NCBI GenBank assembly: GCA_036381125.1 | Contig: DASVDK010000070.1 | Span: 1-47,562, forward strand | DNA from: Thermodesulfobacteriota bacterium | Lineage (GTDB): Bacteria; DASVDK01 | Length of the DNA: 47,562 bases | Direction: 5' to 3' | Shown: in pieces, positions 46,138 through 47,562 of the stretch | Position numbering within the stretch: position 1 is the first letter of the stretch | Layout: every line of letters begins with the position of its first letter | Notes under the pieces: model-generated | The model's input: the letters and a program-made list of their open reading frames with translations, nothing else | What the model was told of the DNA's origin: nothing | Database searches by the model: none | Translations under genes and position numbers: made by a program

Positions 46138-47312
46138 TGGACGTCGACATCGAGACCGCGAAGGCCGAGGCGGCCGCCCGGGTGGCGGCCGCCTCGGCCG
46201 ACCTCGCCGCCCTGGCGGACTTCATCCACGCGCACCCCGAGGTCGCCTACCAGGAGCGGGCCGCGGCCGCGCGCATCGCCGGCCTCCTCGCCGGCCGCGG
46301 CTTCGCCGTGACGCGCGGCGCGGGGGGCGTCGAGACCGCGTTCGTCGCCGTGCCCGACGACGCCGCCCCCGGCGGCCCGACGATCGCCATGCTCGCCGAG
46401 TACGACGCGCTGCCGGGGCTGGGGCACGCCTGCGGCCACAACCTCATCGCCGCGATGAGCGTCGGCGCGGCGCTCGCCTGCCGCGGCCTCGTCCCGCGCG
46501 GCGCCGGCCGGGTGGTGGTCATCGGCACGCCGGCCGAGGAGGGGGGCGGGGGGAAGATCCGGCTCCTCGACGCCGGGGTCTTCCGCGGCGTCGACGCCGC
46601 CCTCATGATCCACCCCTGGAACCGCGTCCGGGCGCACGTCCCGGCGCTCGGACGGATGCGCTTCGAGGTGGAGTTCCACGGGCGCGCGGCGCACGCCGCG
46701 TCTGCACCGCACAGGGGCGTGAACGCGCTCGACGCGCTGCTGCAGGCGTTCGGCGCCGTCGCCCTCCTGCGGCAGCAGGTCCGTCCCGACGCCCGGATCC
46801 ACGGGATCATCACGCGCGGCGGCGAGAGCCCCAACATCATCCCGGCGCTCACCGCCGCCAACGTCTACGTCCGCGCCGCCGACCCGGCGTACCTGCGCGA
46901 CCTCTACGACCGGGTCAAGGCCTGCTTCGAGGGGGCCGCCAGGGCGACCGGCTGCCGCGTGGCGTGGCGCGAGCACCCGGACAACGTCTACGAACCGGTC
47001 CGCGAGAACCGGCCCCTCGCCGACCTCTTCCTCCGGAACCTCCGCCGCCTCGGCCTCGCCGAGACGGGCGACGACGAGCCCGCCGGGTCGACCGACTTCG
47101 GGAACGTGAGCCAGCGCATTCCCGGTCTGCACGGCTACCTGGCCGTCTGCGACGCCGGGATCGACCTCCACACGACCGAGTTCGCGGCGGCCGCGGCGAG
47201 CGCCCGGGGGCGCGACGCGATGCTGGCCGGCGCGACGGCGCTCGCCATGACCGCCCTCGACCTCTGCCTCGACGAGGCCGCGCTCGCCGCCGTCCGGAAC
47301 GCGCACGCGTGA
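46137..47312 (+). CDS. M20D amidohydrolase/peptidase (PM20D2/AbgB-like)
   Basis: IHAHPE, AEYDALPGLGHACGHN, GTPAEEGGGGK, GRAAHA, GSTDFGNVS. Confidence 0.92.
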   Translation: MDVDIETAKAEAAARVAAASADLAALADFIHAHPEVAYQERAAAARIAGLLAGRGFAVTRGAGGVETAFVAVPDDAAPGGPTIAMLAEYDALPGLGHACGHNLIAAMSVGAALACRGLVPRGAGRVVVIGTPAEEGGGGKIRLLDAGVFRGVDAALMIHPWNRVRAHVPALGRMRFEVEFHGRAAHAASAPHRGVNALDALLQAFGAVALLRQQVRPDARIHGIITRGGESPNIIPALTAANVYVRAADPAYLRDLYDRVKACFEGAARATGCRVAWREHPDNVYEPVRENRPLADLFLRNLRRLGLAETGDDEPAGSTDFGNVSQRIPGLHGYLAVCDAGIDLHTTEFAAAAASARGRDAMLAGATALAMTALDLCLDEAALAAVRNAHA

Positions 47313-47416
47313 TGCGCCGTCGCTCCGATCTCGCCGCGAACAAGGGGTAGACGCGCTCCCCGGCGCGCCGTAGACTCTGGCCGACCGTTCCACCACGGAG
47401 ACGAGAGCGAACGCGG

Positions 47417-47562
47417 ATGCCAGGTCAGGATGCGAGGGACGACCTCGCGCAGCTTTACGACCCCGAGGCGCTGAGGCGCCTCGGCCACGCGCTGGTCGAC
47501 CAGCTCGCCGACCGCCTCGCCGCCGCGCAGCGGGGCGAAGGGCCGGTCCTCCCCTGGCGCGC
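47417..47562 (+). CDS. N-terminus of a probable group II PLP-dependent decarboxylase (partial)
   Basis: MPGQDARDDLAQLYDPEALRRLGHALVDQLADRL…PVLPW resembles the N-terminus of that family; -10 TAGACT at 47370-47375. Runs off the window. Confidence 0.55.
   Translation, partial: MPGQDARDDLAQLYDPEALRRLGHALVDQLADRLAAAQRGEGPVLPWR

Noticed and set aside
47312-47350. 12-aa ORF MRRRSDLAANKG coupled to the M20 stop (TGATG)
   Set aside because: Too short, with no motif or other support.

Overview
Very GC-rich bacterial chromosome segment, roughly three-quarters G+C by eye (not counted). It probably comes from a diderm, LPS-producing organism (lpxH, OmpA lipoprotein); a Myxococcota/deltaproteobacteria- or Methylomirabilota-like origin is only an inference. 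About 33 mostly housekeeping or metabolic genes are recognisable: YtcJ-type amidohydrolase, MFS, ychF, LLM monooxygenase, two sensor kinases, MCP, gdx/sugE, leuA, NitT/TauT ABC parts, enoyl-CoA hydratase, DHH phosphoesterase, gcdH, hslO, M16 protease, REC-PilZ, fadI/fadJ, hflX, lpxH, OmpA, 5'-nucleotidase, a Dpp-type ABC cluster, GNAT and M20 hydrolase. I found no rRNA, tRNA, CRISPR array or transposase. The most interesting signals are non-coding. (1) A dispersed modular element of 25-bp GGGGGTCAGGTCTTTCCRTTTTCCA units with a degenerate GC-rich tail occurs at five loci, always in the sense orientation just after a stop codon; an almost identical 100-bp four-unit cassette is present at two of them. 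(2) A probable leucine attenuator with a leaderless, rare-Leu-codon leader peptide precedes leuA. (3) A guanidine-II riboswitch precedes gdx. (4) hflX probably starts at ATC. (5) TANNNT-N6-8-start leaderless promoters are common, including a 23-bp bidirectional one. (6) Four loci are collapsed by internal deletions: a liv-type ABC operon, a SRAP/YedK tail, MaoC, and a fused AbrB-VapC toxin-antitoxin relic. (7) Two small orphan Cys-motif proteins are present, one with a histone-H1-like basic tail.
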